NCBI GenBank assembly: GCA_052387595.1
Contig: JBQTJA010000027.1
Coordinates: 11,772-75,771, forward strand
Origin: Nitrospiraceae bacterium
Lineage (GTDB): Bacteria; Nitrospirota; Nitrospiria; Nitrospirales; Nitrospiraceae
Direction of reading: 5' to 3'
Length of the DNA: 64,000 bases
Positions 29,634 to 41,030 of this stretch are shown piece after piece. The notes beneath the pieces were generated by a model, which saw nothing but the letters and a program-made list of their open reading frames with translations, was not told where the DNA came from and searched no databases. The stretch's first letter is position 1; every line of letters begins with the position of its first letter. Made by a program: the position numbers and the translations under genes.

Positions 29634-30134
29634 TCACGCCGCAAGTCGTTGAACAGGCGGCCGACTCGTGATGCTTACGACGTTGTCCTCTACATCCCTC
29701 AACCCCTCAGCCTTGGCCTGCGGCTTCATCTCCAAGGTCCCATTGAACACCACACCCTCTTCCATCGAAAGAACCGGAGTGATCAGACTCCCTTCCACCA
29801 CGGCCGGAGCACGGAGCACAATCTGGTCCTTCGCGTCAATATCACCGTGGATGGTTCCCTGGCACACGACGGTTCCGGCCGAGACCTTGGCCTTGAGTAC
29901 TGCCTCAGGCCCAACGAGCAAGCCGCCGTCGGTATGAATTTCGCCCTCCAAGGCCCCATCGATCCGTACCGTGCCGGAATAGGTGATCACGCCCTTGAAC
30001 TCAACATCTTTACCGACGAACGCCACCTCATCCGGAAGTATCGGCCCGCTCTTTGATGGGTTACGCCTGGCCTCCACCCACTGTTCCCGTTCCTGCTCCC
30101 TCTGTCCCCCTTCTGTTTCTTCCTGCTTCCACAT
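29634..30134 (-). CDS. Bactofilin (polymer-forming cytoskeletal protein)
   Basis: VGKDVEFKGVI...RIDGALEGEI...LSMEEGVVFNG. Confidence 0.9.
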   Translation of the reverse strand: MWKQEETEGGQREQEREQWVEARRNPSKSGPILPDEVAFVGKDVEFKGVITYSGTVRIDGALEGEIHTDGGLLVGPEAVLKAKVSAGTVVCQGTIHGDIDAKDQIVLRAPAVVEGSLITPVLSMEEGVVFNGTLEMKPQAKAEGLRDVEDNVVSITSRPPVQRLAA

Positions 30135-30252
30135 GATATGGCTCCCTCCTTATCCGAATAGTCCGGCTGAGCTGAACGGTCCCGCCAAGTCTCTTATCTA
30201 TCGGTTGACCAAGGCTTTTTATTGAGCGCGCAAGTATAGAGGAGGCGATTTC

Positions 30253-30915
30253 TTATGGCTCCTGGACCAATTCATTGGACAATTCATCGAGATTGTCGCC
30301 TGCACGACCAGGGCAGACCTCGGCGAGGAGCACGCCACAGGTCTCGATGCTCTGGCACACCCCCCCGACGATATCACCCGTTTTCAATCGCCCAACCGCC
30401 GCATGGACGATCTGCGACCAGCGTTCCGTGGGAACTCGTTGAAACAAGGGTTGATCAGGAAGCACCTGGATCTGATGTTCCAAGAGAGACACCATGATCA
30501 GCACGCCGGTGCGCTCACGAGTTTGAGAGACAGCATGTTGCGCGAAGGCACGCCCGGCCCTCAAGCATACCTTCTGGTGCATCCGATCAGTTGGTGTGAG
30601 CAGGCGAACGATTGGGACCAGGGTACCGAGCCAGGCTCCTGCTCCATAGGCCAGAATTGTCGCCAGGACCAGCCACGCCGCATTAGCAGCATGCCAGCCC
30701 CAGGGAAGCCACAGACGCTCAGTGGTTAACAGAATGGTCAGCACAGACAAGCCCAGGATCAGCCCAGCCCGATGTTGCGTATCGCGGTAGAGCCCGGACC
30801 GGCCGACGATCATCGGAACGATCTCTGCATTGGTATGCTGTTCCGCTGCCTGCACGGCCAACCTGATTCGTTCCCGCTCCTCAGCGGTCAGTTGCGGTCC
30901 TTTACCAGCTTCCAC
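30253..30915 (-). CDS. TPM-domain membrane protein
   Basis: AEQHTNAEIVPMI...TRERTGVLIMVSLLEH...NELVQEP. Probable GTG start at 30915 after GGAGGT, overlapping the upstream stop. Confidence 0.8.
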   Translation of the reverse strand: MEAGKGPQLTAEERERIRLAVQAAEQHTNAEIVPMIVGRSGLYRDTQHRAGLILGLSVLTILLTTERLWLPWGWHAANAAWLVLATILAYGAGAWLGTLVPIVRLLTPTDRMHQKVCLRAGRAFAQHAVSQTRERTGVLIMVSLLEHQIQVLPDQPLFQRVPTERWSQIVHAAVGRLKTGDIVGGVCQSIETCGVLLAEVCPGRAGDNLDELSNELVQEP

Positions 30916-31783
30916 TGGCCCCACCTCCTCCGAAATCGCCCCCACCACCGCTGAAGCCACCGCCTCCACCGAATGAACCTCCACCCCACCCACCACCACG
31001 GCTACTGTACCAAACCCAATCATCCATACCCCTCGATCGATTCCTTCCCCCAGTACCGGACGCACCAATGGCAAGCAGCAGAAACAGGGTAATCCCACTC
31101 GCCGCGAGTGCCGGGACCCACCAGGGCGCCAGGAGGGTCGCGATCCCTGCCCCCGCGACTGGGCCGATGAATCGATGGAGGTTCGTGAACACAAGCCCGA
31201 CCAGCAACCCGACAATGACGGCCGTTACGACCTGCCCAATGACATCGTTGTCCCGCCGAGGAGCTGTGTTTTCGGATGCCTGAGATGCCTGATAGGTTCC
31301 TTCAATCGTCCGTAGAATGGCTTGAACGCCAGCCATCACGCCACCGGCAAGATCACCGGCGCGAAAGCGGGGAACGATTTCATGTCTGATGATCTGAGCC
31401 GATCTCGCATCCGTTAACGCACCCTCCAAACCGTACCCAACTTCGATGCGAACTTTGCGTTCCTGGATCGCTACCAATAGGAGCACACCGTTGTCGGTCC
31501 CTTTTTGGCCGAGCTTCCATGCCGTTGCCACGCGATGGGAGAATTCCTCGATGATGTCGCCGTCGAGAGTCGGAACAATGAGGACAGCGACCTGATTGCT
31601 TGATTTGCTTTCATGGGCCGCTAATTGAGCCGTCATCGACGCAACGGTTGACTTCGGCAAGACATGAGCTTGATCAACTACCTGGCCGGCCAGTGGAGGG
31701 ACATCGAGTGCAGCGGCAGGCGGCGCGGGCAGGACGGTGCAAAAGATGGTGATGAGGGCACTGCAGGATGAGAGGCGGTTCAT
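30902..31783 (-). CDS. TPM-domain protein with a Gly-rich tail
   Basis: VVDQAHVL, WKLGQKGTDNGVLLLV, RIEVGYGLEG and GGGDFGGGGASGSW. Confidence 0.9.
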   Translation of the reverse strand: MNRLSSCSALITIFCTVLPAPPAAALDVPPLAGQVVDQAHVLPKSTVASMTAQLAAHESKSSNQVAVLIVPTLDGDIIEEFSHRVATAWKLGQKGTDNGVLLLVAIQERKVRIEVGYGLEGALTDARSAQIIRHEIVPRFRAGDLAGGVMAGVQAILRTIEGTYQASQASENTAPRRDNDVIGQVVTAVIVGLLVGLVFTNLHRFIGPVAGAGIATLLAPWWVPALAASGITLFLLLAIGASGTGGRNRSRGMDDWVWYSSRGGGWGGGSFGGGGGFSGGGGDFGGGGASGSW

Positions 31784-31823
31784 GCTGAATGCTCCCATCC
31801 TTCGCCTCAACTCCACCTTCGAC

Positions 31824-32426
31824 TTAAAACTTCACCTCTGGTGGCTTGGCCACCGCATTTTCATCCGTCACGGTAAAGTTGGGCCGTTCGTCCAGGTGCA
31901 GCAGAAACTTGGCCGTCAAGTTCGTCGGGAAATACCGGACCATCTTGTTGTATTCCGCCACTCGATCGATATACCGTTTACGGGCCACGGTGATCCGGTT
32001 TTCCGTCCCTTCGAGTTGGCTCTGGAGATCCCGAAAATTTTGATCAGCTTTGAGGTTCGGGTAGTTTTCGGCAATCGCGATCAGTCGGCCTAACGCCGAT
32101 GTCAGTCCCGCTTGGGCTTTTTGAAACGTCTCGAATGCGGCCGGGTCCTTGAGCACCTCAGGTGTCACTTGGATGCCGGTCGCCTTGGCCCGGGCATTCA
32201 CGACCCCCTCAAGCGTCTCTTTTTCGTGAGCCGCGTACCCCTTGACCGTCGCAACAAGATTAGGGATGAGGTCGGCACGGCGCTGGTATTGATTGATCAC
32301 TTCACTCCACGCCGCCTTCGTATCTTCATCCAAGCCTTGAAGATCGTTGTACCCACAACCGGACACAGAAAATCCACTGACCATCGCCAGAGCGATCACC
32401 GTCTTTTTCCACCACGTACGCCCCAT
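31824..32426 (-). CDS. lemA: LemA family protein (lipoprotein-type leader)
   Basis: YQRRADLIPNLV, ENYPNLKA and EGTENRITVAR. Start MGRTW after AAGGAGG. Confidence 0.92.
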   Translation of the reverse strand: MGRTWWKKTVIALAMVSGFSVSGCGYNDLQGLDEDTKAAWSEVINQYQRRADLIPNLVATVKGYAAHEKETLEGVVNARAKATGIQVTPEVLKDPAAFETFQKAQAGLTSALGRLIAIAENYPNLKADQNFRDLQSQLEGTENRITVARKRYIDRVAEYNKMVRYFPTNLTAKFLLHLDERPNFTVTDENAVAKPPEVKF

Positions 32427-32527
32427 CGTTCCCTCCTTCAGCAGTAGAGCCGGACGCAATGTCCATCGATCTCGCGCTCATGCTACCATGGGCATAATCA
32501 TTAAGATATGTCGGTCAAGAGGGGGTT

Positions 32528-32833
32528 ATGCCACGGAAGCTATCGATTCACGAACCTGGTGGGTTTCAAGTGCGACACCGCGCCCTTGGCATCTATCAAG
32601 GCCGTGCGATCGACCTCGCCTTCTGGCATCCGTCGTCAGGCATGCCCGAACACGGGCTCTGTCGATTTTCAACAAAAGACAAGGCCCAGGCGTTGATCGA
32701 TGCCTTCTCTTCTTCAGCCTGCGCGGAACCGATGGATCAACATGATCTGACTATCGAGCCGTACGATGGCGCCGAACATGACCGCTTGATCAGTGACTAT
32801 CCGCTGCCGTCTGCCTGGGAGATGCCAATCTAG
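32528..32833 (+). CDS. Hypothetical protein
   Basis: ATG after a GAGGGGG SD; 101 aa; fills the gap between lemA and the PilZ gene. Confidence 0.6.
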   Translation: MPRKLSIHEPGGFQVRHRALGIYQGRAIDLAFWHPSSGMPEHGLCRFSTKDKAQALIDAFSSSACAEPMDQHDLTIEPYDGAEHDRLISDYPLPSAWEMPI

Positions 32834-32848
32834 GACAGGAGATCGAGA

Positions 32849-33373
32849 CTAGCCGGTGACGATCGGCTCGACAGCCTTGGAGAGGACATTGGACGTGGAA
32901 CCCGAATGTGAGTGGATGAAGGTGAGCAGGCGTTTATTCTCTTGGGCCTTGCGGAGAAACTTGAAAGCGATGCCGCGGGCACTCACGGACCGTACCATGG
33001 CCGCGACTTCGATAGGAGCTTCGTCCTCGGCGAGGGCGATCTCTAGGTAGAAAATATCGTCGACCCGGACGTGAGTCTCGCTCTCGATGATGCACCCACC
33101 CAGGGAAAGGTCCAGCACGGTACCCTCGCCCCTCACTTTTCCTCCGGAAAACGACAAGCAGAGACGGACAGGGATACGGAGATATTCCCGGCGTTCAATT
33201 GGGTGAGAGGATCCCGCCGTGCTCATGCCTCGGGCGAGGAACCGATGGTGACAGTCTTGGCACTGGAACGGAACAATCCTAATGAACGCCGCAACCAGTT
33301 CACGCGGGGTCTGCGGTCGTGCCTGCACTGCACCGTCCTTGTGACAGCGAGGACAGGTCACCTGGCGACTCAT
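32849..33373 (-). CDS. PilZ-domain protein with an N-terminal zinc ribbon
   Basis: CPRC...CQDC; RREYLR (RxxxR) and DLSLGG (DxSxxG). Confidence 0.88.
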   Translation of the reverse strand: MSRQVTCPRCHKDGAVQARPQTPRELVAAFIRIVPFQCQDCHHRFLARGMSTAGSSHPIERREYLRIPVRLCLSFSGGKVRGEGTVLDLSLGGCIIESETHVRVDDIFYLEIALAEDEAPIEVAAMVRSVSARGIAFKFLRKAQENKRLLTFIHSHSGSTSNVLSKAVEPIVTG

Positions 33374-33571
33374 TCGATGTGCCTCTTTCTCATCTCGCCC
33401 CCCACCAACCTATAACCGCACTATAAAGGCCTTCCCCCTACAGTCAAGCTGATTGCTATCTTGCGCAAAGTGGCTTCCAGCATACTTTTACATCATTTGA
33501 GAGGTTTGGCGGCCGGCGTCGCGCTTGTTGACGAATCGCAACCAGGAGAGGCCCTGCCGTCAGCGTACCGG

Positions 33572-34360
33572 CTAGGCAGACTCTGCGTGGGGAGATTCCG
33601 GCTCAGCAGGAAGACCGGATTCGACGACGCCGGCCCGGAGGTATTCACGATTGAGCGTGGCGATGAAACGGACGCTGATGCGTTTCGGACAGACAGCTTC
33701 ACACTCATATTGATTGCCGCACGAACCGAACCCTTCTCGATCCATGGCGTCCAACATCGTCTTCACCCGACGCGTGCGCTCGGGTTTCCCTTGCGGCAAG
33801 AGCGCCAAGTGGGACACCTTGGCCGCCACAAACAGCATGGCCGACGCATTCTTACACGCAGCCACACAGGCCCCACAACCGATGCAGGATGCGGCATCCA
33901 TCGCGGTTTCGGCCTGATCTTTTTCGATTAACAAGACGTTCCCGTCCACCGCTCCACCGGTGTTGACGGAGACATAGCCTCCTGCTTGCATGACTCGATC
34001 CAGGGCTCGGCGATCAACCACCAGATCCTTGATGATGGGAAAAGCCCGTGCGCGCCACGGCTCGATCGTGATGACGGCTCCGTCTGGAAACCGCCGCATA
34101 TACAACTGACAGGTGGCCATGCCGCGGTCCGGGCCATGCGGGATTCCATTGATAACCAGAGAACAACTTCCGCAGATGCCTTCACGGCAATCCTGCTCAA
34201 ACGCCACAGGCTCTTCACCCTTGCCGATCAATCCCTGATTCACGCCATCGAGCATTTCTAAAAACGACATGCCGGAGCCGACATCGCGAGCTTCATACCT
34301 CACAAACCGGCCTTTCTCGTCTGGACTCTTCTGGCGCCAAATTTTCAATGTGAACGTCAT
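33572..34360 (-). CDS. sdhB: Succinate dehydrogenase/fumarate reductase Fe-S subunit
   Basis: [20 protein letters not shown] and [11 protein letters not shown]. Confidence 0.95.
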   Translation of the reverse strand: MTFTLKIWRQKSPDEKGRFVRYEARDVGSGMSFLEMLDGVNQGLIGKGEEPVAFEQDCREGICGSCSLVINGIPHGPDRGMATCQLYMRRFPDGAVITIEPWRARAFPIIKDLVVDRRALDRVMQAGGYVSVNTGGAVDGNVLLIEKDQAETAMDAASCIGCGACVAACKNASAMLFVAAKVSHLALLPQGKPERTRRVKTMLDAMDREGFGSCGNQYECEAVCPKRISVRFIATLNREYLRAGVVESGLPAEPESPHAESA

Positions 34361-34417
34361 GACCCGCCACCAGGCTTTCTCTTACGCTTTTCTCTACTCC
34401 CGCTCACCCCTCACCGA

Positions 34418-36331
34418 TTATTGGTAACTTCTCGTGGTCGGCTGCACGAATTCAAAGGCGAGGGGCTCCTTGTGCAAAATAGGTACTGTTTGCTCTCGGT
34501 ACTCCCATGCGGCAACATGCGCAAAACAGGTATCGTCGCGCGTTGGCTCACCGTCAGCCGTCTGATGCTCTTCGCGGAAATGTGCCCCGCACGACTCTTC
34601 CCGATGTAAGGCATCGTGACAGAGCAGTTCAGCAAACTCGAGATAGTCAGCCACTCTCCCCGCATATTCCAGCTCTTGATTGAAGGCTTCTCCTGATCCA
34701 GGAACCACGACATTCCGCCAAAATTCTTCCCGTAGGGCCGGGATCGACCGCAGTGCCAGTTCAAGCCCTGCCTTGTTGCGAGACATGCCGCAGTGATCCC
34801 ATAGGAATTTGCCGACTTCGCGATGAAATGAGGCCGCGGTTCGACGGCCTTTCGCGTTCAGCAGGCGGCTGATCCTGCCCGTTACGCGCTGAAGCGCCGC
34901 GCGTGACTCCTTGTGATCTTCTCCAACCGGTATGAGCTTCGCCGTCGCCAAATAATGACCGATCGTATAGGGCAGGATAAAATACCCATCGGCGAGCCCT
35001 TGCATCAAGGAGCTGGCGCCGAGCCGGTTGGCGCCATGATCCGCGAAATTTGCTTCTCCAATCACGAAAAGTCCCGGGATGGTACTCATAAGATTGTAAT
35101 CAACCCAAAGCCCCCCCATCGTGTAGTGTGGCGCCGGATAAATCCGCATGGGGACGTGGTAGGCATCTTCCCCTGTGATCCGATTATACATGTCGAAGAG
35201 GTTGCCATAGCGCTCGTGGACGACATCCTGCCCCTGCCGTTCAATCACATCGGCAAAATCCAGGTACACGCCCTGACCTCCCGGGCCAACGCCATGGCCT
35301 TCGTCGCACACAGTCTTCACGGCACGGGACGCAATGTCTCGTGGCGCAAGATTGCCGAAACGGGGGTACCGGCGTTCCAGAAAATAGTCGCGTTCTTCGG
35401 CTGGTATGTCGCCAGGGGGCCGGTGATCCGCAGCCATCTTCGGCACCCACAACCGTCCGTCGTTGCGGAGCGATTCGGACATCAGGGTCAACTTGGCCTG
35501 GTGTTCGTCCCCCGGCGGGATCGCCGTGGGATGAATCTGCATAAAGCATGGGTTCGCGAATGCGGCACCCTGTTTCCATGCCCTATACGTGGCCGTCACA
35601 TTGCTGCCGCTCGCATTGGTCGACAGGTAGTACACGTTGCTGTAGCCGCCGGTCGCAAGAACCACGGCATGGGCCGTCTGGATGCTCACCCGTCCCGTGA
35701 CGAGATCACGCACCACGATTCCTCGGGCCTGACCGTCAATCACTATCAGATCGAGCATCTCGGTTCGAGGGTGCATGGTGACCTGTCCGCGTTCAATCTG
35801 CCAGCAGAGTGCCGAATAGGCGCCCAAGAGCAGTTGCTGTCCGGTCTGTCCCCGGCAGTAGAACGTCCGCGAGACTTGGACACCTCCAAACGATCGGTTG
35901 GCCAACTGCCCGCCATATTCGCGGGCAAAAGGCACACCGAGAGCCACACATTGATCGATAATTTGTGCACTGACCTGGGCAAGCCGATAGACATTCGCCT
36001 CTCGCGAACGAAAGTCTCCACCCTTGATCGTGTCGTAAAAAAGCCGGGCTACACTGTCCCCATCATCCTGATAATTTTTGGCGGCATTGATCCCACCTTG
36101 TGCCGCAATACTGTGCGCACGGCGTGGACTATCCTGAAAACAAAAGCACTCCACCTGATAGCCGAGCTGTCCCAAGGTCGAGGCCGCGCTGGCTCCCGCA
36201 AGGCCGGTGCCAACGACGATGACCGTGATTCTCCGCTTGTTATTCGGACTCACTAACTTTTCGCTGAATCGATGTCGGTCCCACTTGGTTTCCAGCGGGC
36301 CGGCAGGAATCTTCGGATCAAGTTTCATCAT
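34418..36331 (-). CDS. sdhA: Succinate dehydrogenase/fumarate reductase flavoprotein subunit
   Basis: [36 protein letters not shown] and ESCGAHFR. Confidence 0.95.
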   Translation of the reverse strand: MMKLDPKIPAGPLETKWDRHRFSEKLVSPNNKRRITVIVVGTGLAGASAASTLGQLGYQVECFCFQDSPRRAHSIAAQGGINAAKNYQDDGDSVARLFYDTIKGGDFRSREANVYRLAQVSAQIIDQCVALGVPFAREYGGQLANRSFGGVQVSRTFYCRGQTGQQLLLGAYSALCWQIERGQVTMHPRTEMLDLIVIDGQARGIVVRDLVTGRVSIQTAHAVVLATGGYSNVYYLSTNASGSNVTATYRAWKQGAAFANPCFMQIHPTAIPPGDEHQAKLTLMSESLRNDGRLWVPKMAADHRPPGDIPAEERDYFLERRYPRFGNLAPRDIASRAVKTVCDEGHGVGPGGQGVYLDFADVIERQGQDVVHERYGNLFDMYNRITGEDAYHVPMRIYPAPHYTMGGLWVDYNLMSTIPGLFVIGEANFADHGANRLGASSLMQGLADGYFILPYTIGHYLATAKLIPVGEDHKESRAALQRVTGRISRLLNAKGRRTAASFHREVGKFLWDHCGMSRNKAGLELALRSIPALREEFWRNVVVPGSGEAFNQELEYAGRVADYLEFAELLCHDALHREESCGAHFREEHQTADGEPTRDDTCFAHVAAWEYREQTVPILHKEPLAFEFVQPTTRSYQ

Positions 36332-37008
36332 CCGCGTACGATCCCAAAGAAGATGGCTAGGATGATGGCGACATTGCCAAGAACGACCAACAGCGCAACT
36401 GTGGGGCCAGCGGCCTTGATGAGTCGGTTGAATGCCGCGCGTTCAAGCCCTAATGTCTGTAAACTGCTGGTGACAGCATGGTTCAAATGCAAGCCCAGCC
36501 CCAGCTGACCCGTCAAGTAACACGCTACGATAAATGGATTCTGAAAAGCGTGGACGATCTTCCCATACACATCACGATGTCCTTCGGTGTCGAGGCGATC
36601 GGCAGAAGAGGGATCGATGACGCCGGCCGTCAGATGCAACAAGTGGAATAGGATAAAGAGTAAGAGTACAAGGCCGGAGACGGCCATGGTGCGGGACGCA
36701 AACGATGCTTGGCGATACTCGCGGACCGCATAAGCGACCGGGCGAGCACGACGATTTCGCAAGGTCAATTGGATCGCCAGGACGATGTGGAGTGCCGCAA
36801 GGCTCAGCAACCCGATCCGGGCGGTCCAGAGGAGGATCGGCATGTCGCGGAGCATCGCCGCATAGCCATTGAGCGCATGGGATCCTTCGAATACTTGCAG
36901 GTTCCCCAACATGTGAAAAATAACATAGAGAACGAGCCCCAGCCCGCTTAGGGCCATGACGACTTTACGACCGACTGAGGACTGGACATGGTTAGACTGG
37001 CGTGCCAT
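36328..37008 (-). CDS. sdhC: Succinate dehydrogenase cytochrome b subunit
   Basis: [19 protein letters not shown] and further His ligands in TM helices; first gene of the operon. Confidence 0.9.
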   Translation of the reverse strand: MARQSNHVQSSVGRKVVMALSGLGLVLYVIFHMLGNLQVFEGSHALNGYAAMLRDMPILLWTARIGLLSLAALHIVLAIQLTLRNRRARPVAYAVREYRQASFASRTMAVSGLVLLLFILFHLLHLTAGVIDPSSADRLDTEGHRDVYGKIVHAFQNPFIVACYLTGQLGLGLHLNHAVTSSLQTLGLERAAFNRLIKAAGPTVALLVVLGNVAIILAIFFGIVRG

Positions 37009-37134
37009 CTGCGATCATTATACACCGCTCGGATTCACGAAGACTCATGGGAACGTTGGAGAGGTGTCCTGAAGCACGACGATACAGCGGCCCGGTGGTT
37101 TGCGCTCGCTGAGTGATCGCAGGTACCAAGGATA

Positions 37135-38290
37135 TTATCGAGCGCCTGACGGTCCAGACCGTGGCGTCACTCGCTTAACTTGAAGCTCCAGTTGCTCGGA
37201 CGGATACATCCCTGTGACCAACACGGCGAGGGTCATGACACAATTCCACTCACCTTCCTTGGCAGCATAGAGCGCTTTGTCCGCTTGATCGATCAGCTCC
37301 AAGGGCGTCCGTGCTCCAAACGCGATGGCCGACACCCCGATGCTCACCGTCAGTGTCAAGCCGGACACCATTCAAAGCCGGCTGCCTGCCTCAGTCTCAA
37401 CACGAATCCGCAAACGTTCCGCCAAATCTGTCGCTTCAGTCAGCGTCGTGCGAGGGAACATCAGACAGAACTCTTCTCCTCCATAGCGCCCGACTGTGTC
37501 CGTTAACCGCAACCCTGTGGAGAGACAGTTGGCGACTGCTTGGATGGCTTGATCGCCGACGGCATGTCCATATTGATCATTCACGCGCTTGAAGTCATCA
37601 ATGTCGACCATCACACAACAGAGATCGCTTCCGTGCGCGCGGCTCTCCGCAAATGCTTTCTCAAACAGCGCGTAGAACGCACGACGGTTCAGACAGCCGG
37701 TGAGCGGATCGCGCGAGGCCACACGCTCCAGCTCGCCGTTTTGCCGTAAAATTTCTGTCTGTGCCGTCTCAAGATTCGCCACGGTTCGCATCAGGGCGCC
37801 GTTGATTTCCGTGAGTTGCTGGTTCGCACGTTGGAGCTCCGCTGTGCGTTCCTCGACCTGACGACTCAACTCATACAGCTGTCCAACAGCCTTATTCGCC
37901 AAGTCCCATTTCCAGCAGAGCGCGGTGGCGAGCTGCAAGGCTTCAATGCCGTTAAATGGCTTCTGCAGGATCCAGTAACTTGTCCGTTCTCCCTATCCGT
38001 TCTCTGATTTCGTCCCAAGGCTGATCGGAATAGGCTGTGCAGATGACCACCTGCAGCCTGGAATCCGCTTTCCAGAGATGCTCGATGGTTTCCAGTCCAT
38101 CCCACCCAGGCGACATCCGCATATCGACAAAGGCGACCGCATAAGGGCGGTCTTTGCTCCTTGCAGCCTCCATTGCCGTAAGCGCTGCCTGACCTCGATC
38201 GAGGTAATCCACCTCGAACGGTTCATGGGATGGAACAGGGATCGATCCCCCGAACAGTACGGAACGTGCCAGCTCGAAGGCCTCCAATCC
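37135..38290 (-). pseudogene. REC-GGDEF diguanylate cyclase, disrupted
   Basis: The REC 5' end is lost at about 38288. An extra G at 37972-37973 breaks KLLILQKPF. In-frame TGA at 37372-37374 (SRL*MVSGL). GRYGGEEF is retained. Confidence 0.88.
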
Positions 38291-39048
38291 AGGACATCTT
38301 TCACGAGCTGGCGCAGATCGAATGCAATGCTTTCGAGCTTGAGTTTGCCTGATTCGATCCTCGAGATATCGAGGATATCATTAATGACCTGCAGCAGAGC
38401 CATTCCGGATTTGTGGAGAGTCTCGATGTACCGGCGTTGCTTGTCGTTCAGCGGCGTCTGCAGCAAGAGTTTGCTCATCCCGAGAATACCGTTCATAGGC
38501 GTACGAATTTCGTGGCTGACGTTGGCGGCCTCGGCCGCTTCTAACCGTTGGCGCGCCTGACGCGCCAGCTTTCACTTGGTGATCAGGGACGTGGCCAATT
38601 GCGAGACCTCCACAGTGGAAAATGGTTTTTGCAGAATCAGGAGACGATCGTCACAGCCCAGTCGGCGAATGATGTACTCCCAGGAATGGTCAGTGTAGGC
38701 CGTCCAGATCACGGTCTGAATCTCTGGGTCAACCTCCCACATCCGCTCAATGGTCTAGAGCCCATCCCGGCAGCATCCGCATGTCCACAAACGCCACCGC
38801 ATAGGGCCGGCTCTCGCGCGCGCCATTTGTACCAGAGCCAACGCGGCTTACCCCTGATCTGCATAATCCAGTTCAAACCGCACAAGAGCCTTCTGAAAAG
38901 ATTCGCCTCCGAATAACGATGCGCGAGCTTCATCCAGCCCCTGTGTCTCCGCTCCCGATTGAAGGATTTTGCGAAAATCCTCGTGGATCGAGAGATTGTC
39001 ATCAATGACTAATAGTCGAAGGTGCTGACTATGCTTGTCGATATACAT
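38288..39048 (-). pseudogene. REC-HisKA hybrid kinase, heavily degraded and 3'-truncated
   Basis: Start MYIDKH at 39048. Stops TAA 38848-50, TAG 38755-57 and TGA 38572-74. Frameshifts near 38815 and 38760. About nine codons are missing before SHEIRTPMN. No HATPase domain. Confidence 0.88.
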
Positions 39049-39090
39049 ATTTATACAGCTCTCTCTGACTGCGCCAACCAGCAATGCCGC

Positions 39091-40980
39091 TCAGGCGGCG
39101 CGGGAACCAATGGCAGGTAACCACTGACGGACCGCCTTCTGTATCTCTTTGAGCCCCACCGGTTTTGGCAGGAAACCGTCCATCCCGCCCGCAATGCACG
39201 CAGCTTCAACAGTACTCACTGCGTAACCTGACAATGCGAGAATCGTGACAGGCCTACCGTCCCCTCTCGTAAATCCTCGTCGACGAATTTCCGCTGTCGC
39301 AGTCAATCCATCCATCTCCGGCATTTCGCAATCCATAAGGACGAGGTCGTATGGACGCCTCTCAAGCGCCTGGATCGCCTCTCGGCCCGTACCCGCCGTA
39401 TCGGCCGATTCCCCACAGAGCTCCAGCATGCGAAGAAAGACCTCTTGGTTCGTCGAATTATCTTCAGCCAAGAGGATACGCGCATGTGACCGTGGCTTGG
39501 AGGAATGGACGCCCGGGCTCCTATCTTGGTTCCTATTGATCAATACGTCAGGCGTCGGGTGGTCATCCGCCTGCTTGCGCTCCAGGCCAGCTCTGTCGCT
39601 CGCGCTCACCTTCTCAAGACAGACAGTAAACCAAAATGTGGAACCGTTTCCTGGTGTACTGGTGAGACCAACGTCTCCACCCATCAAGGAAACAAGTCGT
39701 TGAACAATCGCGAGTCCTAAACCCGTCCCTCCGTACCGCCTCGTCATCGATCCATCAACCTGAGCGAACGGATCGAAAATTTTCTGCTGCGCCTCCAGAG
39801 GAACACCGATTCCGGTATCGCACACCGTTATTTTGAATAGGGCCTTCTCCTGGCGATCCTCGAGACGCTCAACATGAATCAAGATGCCCCCTCGTTCCGT
39901 AAATTTCATGGCATTGTTCACGAGGTTCATCAGAATCTGCCGAAGGCGCACGCCATCCCCCCGCCACACAGCAGGTAACTCGGGGTCGATCTGACATTCC
40001 AAAGTAAGCCCCTTTTGTCGCGAGGGTTCCTGGAATAGACCAGCAACATCCTGCACAGTTGCAACCAGGTCAAATCCTGTGATGTGGAGATCCATCTTGT
40101 TCTCTTCGATCTTAGACAAGTCGAGTATGTCGTTGACGATCTGAAGCAACTGCTCGCCGGAACGATGGATGGTTTGAACGAAATGACGCTGACGGTCGTT
40201 CAACAAGGTTGAGAGAAGCAGCTCGTTCATGCCGAGCATCGCGTTCATGGGCGTCCGGATCTCATGGCTCATACGGGCTAAGAACTGTGACTTGGCCTGG
40301 TTGGCCTTGTCCGCCGCCACCTTGGCCTCCTGAAGGGCCTCGACCATTTTCTGTAATTCATCGTTGCGCTGTTGAAGCTCAGCCGTCCGCGCAGCCACTT
40401 GCTGCTCGAGATGCTGGTTCGTCGCCTGGAGTTCTCGATTGCGGACATTGACCTGTGCAACGAGACCTTCAATCTGCAGCCGGATGTCCCGTCCCAACTC
40501 CCACTTCCTGGTCAGCGATGCAGCAATCTGTTGGACCTCAATGGAATCAAACGGTTTCCGAAGGATGAGTAACCGGTCTCTCATCTCCAGCTGTGCGGCA
40601 ATCTCCGTCCACGAATGATCTGAATAGGCCGTACAGATAACCACTTGAAGCCGTCCGTCCGCCTCCCAGAGCCGTTCGATAGTTTCCAAGCCGTCCCATC
40701 CTGGCGGCATCCTCATATCGACAAACGCCACCGCATACGGACGTCCTTCCCGGCGCGCCATCTCTACCAGGGCCAACGCCGCTTGTCCTTGATCCGCATA
40801 ATCCAACTCGAACCGGTCCAGGGCGTCTACAAGTGGCGTCTCTCCGAACAGCGTCGCCCGTGCGCGATGGAGCCCCTCTTCCTCGGGTGGCGTTTCAAGG
40901 ATTCTGCGAAAATCCTCATGGATGGCCCGATTGTCGTCAACCACCAAGATTCGAAGGTTTTTATTGTTGGCGTCCATCAT
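39091..40980 (-). CDS. Hybrid histidine kinase REC-HisKA-HATPase-REC
   Basis: [41 protein letters not shown] and LMDCEMP. Confidence 0.93.
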   Translation of the reverse strand: MMDANNKNLRILVVDDNRAIHEDFRRILETPPEEEGLHRARATLFGETPLVDALDRFELDYADQGQAALALVEMARREGRPYAVAFVDMRMPPGWDGLETIERLWEADGRLQVVICTAYSDHSWTEIAAQLEMRDRLLILRKPFDSIEVQQIAASLTRKWELGRDIRLQIEGLVAQVNVRNRELQATNQHLEQQVAARTAELQQRNDELQKMVEALQEAKVAADKANQAKSQFLARMSHEIRTPMNAMLGMNELLLSTLLNDRQRHFVQTIHRSGEQLLQIVNDILDLSKIEENKMDLHITGFDLVATVQDVAGLFQEPSRQKGLTLECQIDPELPAVWRGDGVRLRQILMNLVNNAMKFTERGGILIHVERLEDRQEKALFKITVCDTGIGVPLEAQQKIFDPFAQVDGSMTRRYGGTGLGLAIVQRLVSLMGGDVGLTSTPGNGSTFWFTVCLEKVSASDRAGLERKQADDHPTPDVLINRNQDRSPGVHSSKPRSHARILLAEDNSTNQEVFLRMLELCGESADTAGTGREAIQALERRPYDLVLMDCEMPEMDGLTATAEIRRRGFTRGDGRPVTILALSGYAVSTVEAACIAGGMDGFLPKPVGLKEIQKAVRQWLPAIGSRAA

Positions 40981-41030
40981 TCGTCATGTCCTTCTGTCTG
41001 TCGAGAGGAGGAGTATCATGACTCACAGCC

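Noticed and set aside
30916-31215. N-terminal 100 aa of ORF 30253..31215
   Set aside because: This is an alternative frame of the upstream Gly-rich TPM gene; a GTG with SD at 30915 is a better start.
23651-39048. Stop-codon reassignment or pyrrolysine/selenocysteine read-through explaining the in-frame stops
   Set aside because: All three stop types occur together with frameshifts and deletions, TAG and TGA end intact genes normally, and no recoding machinery is seen.
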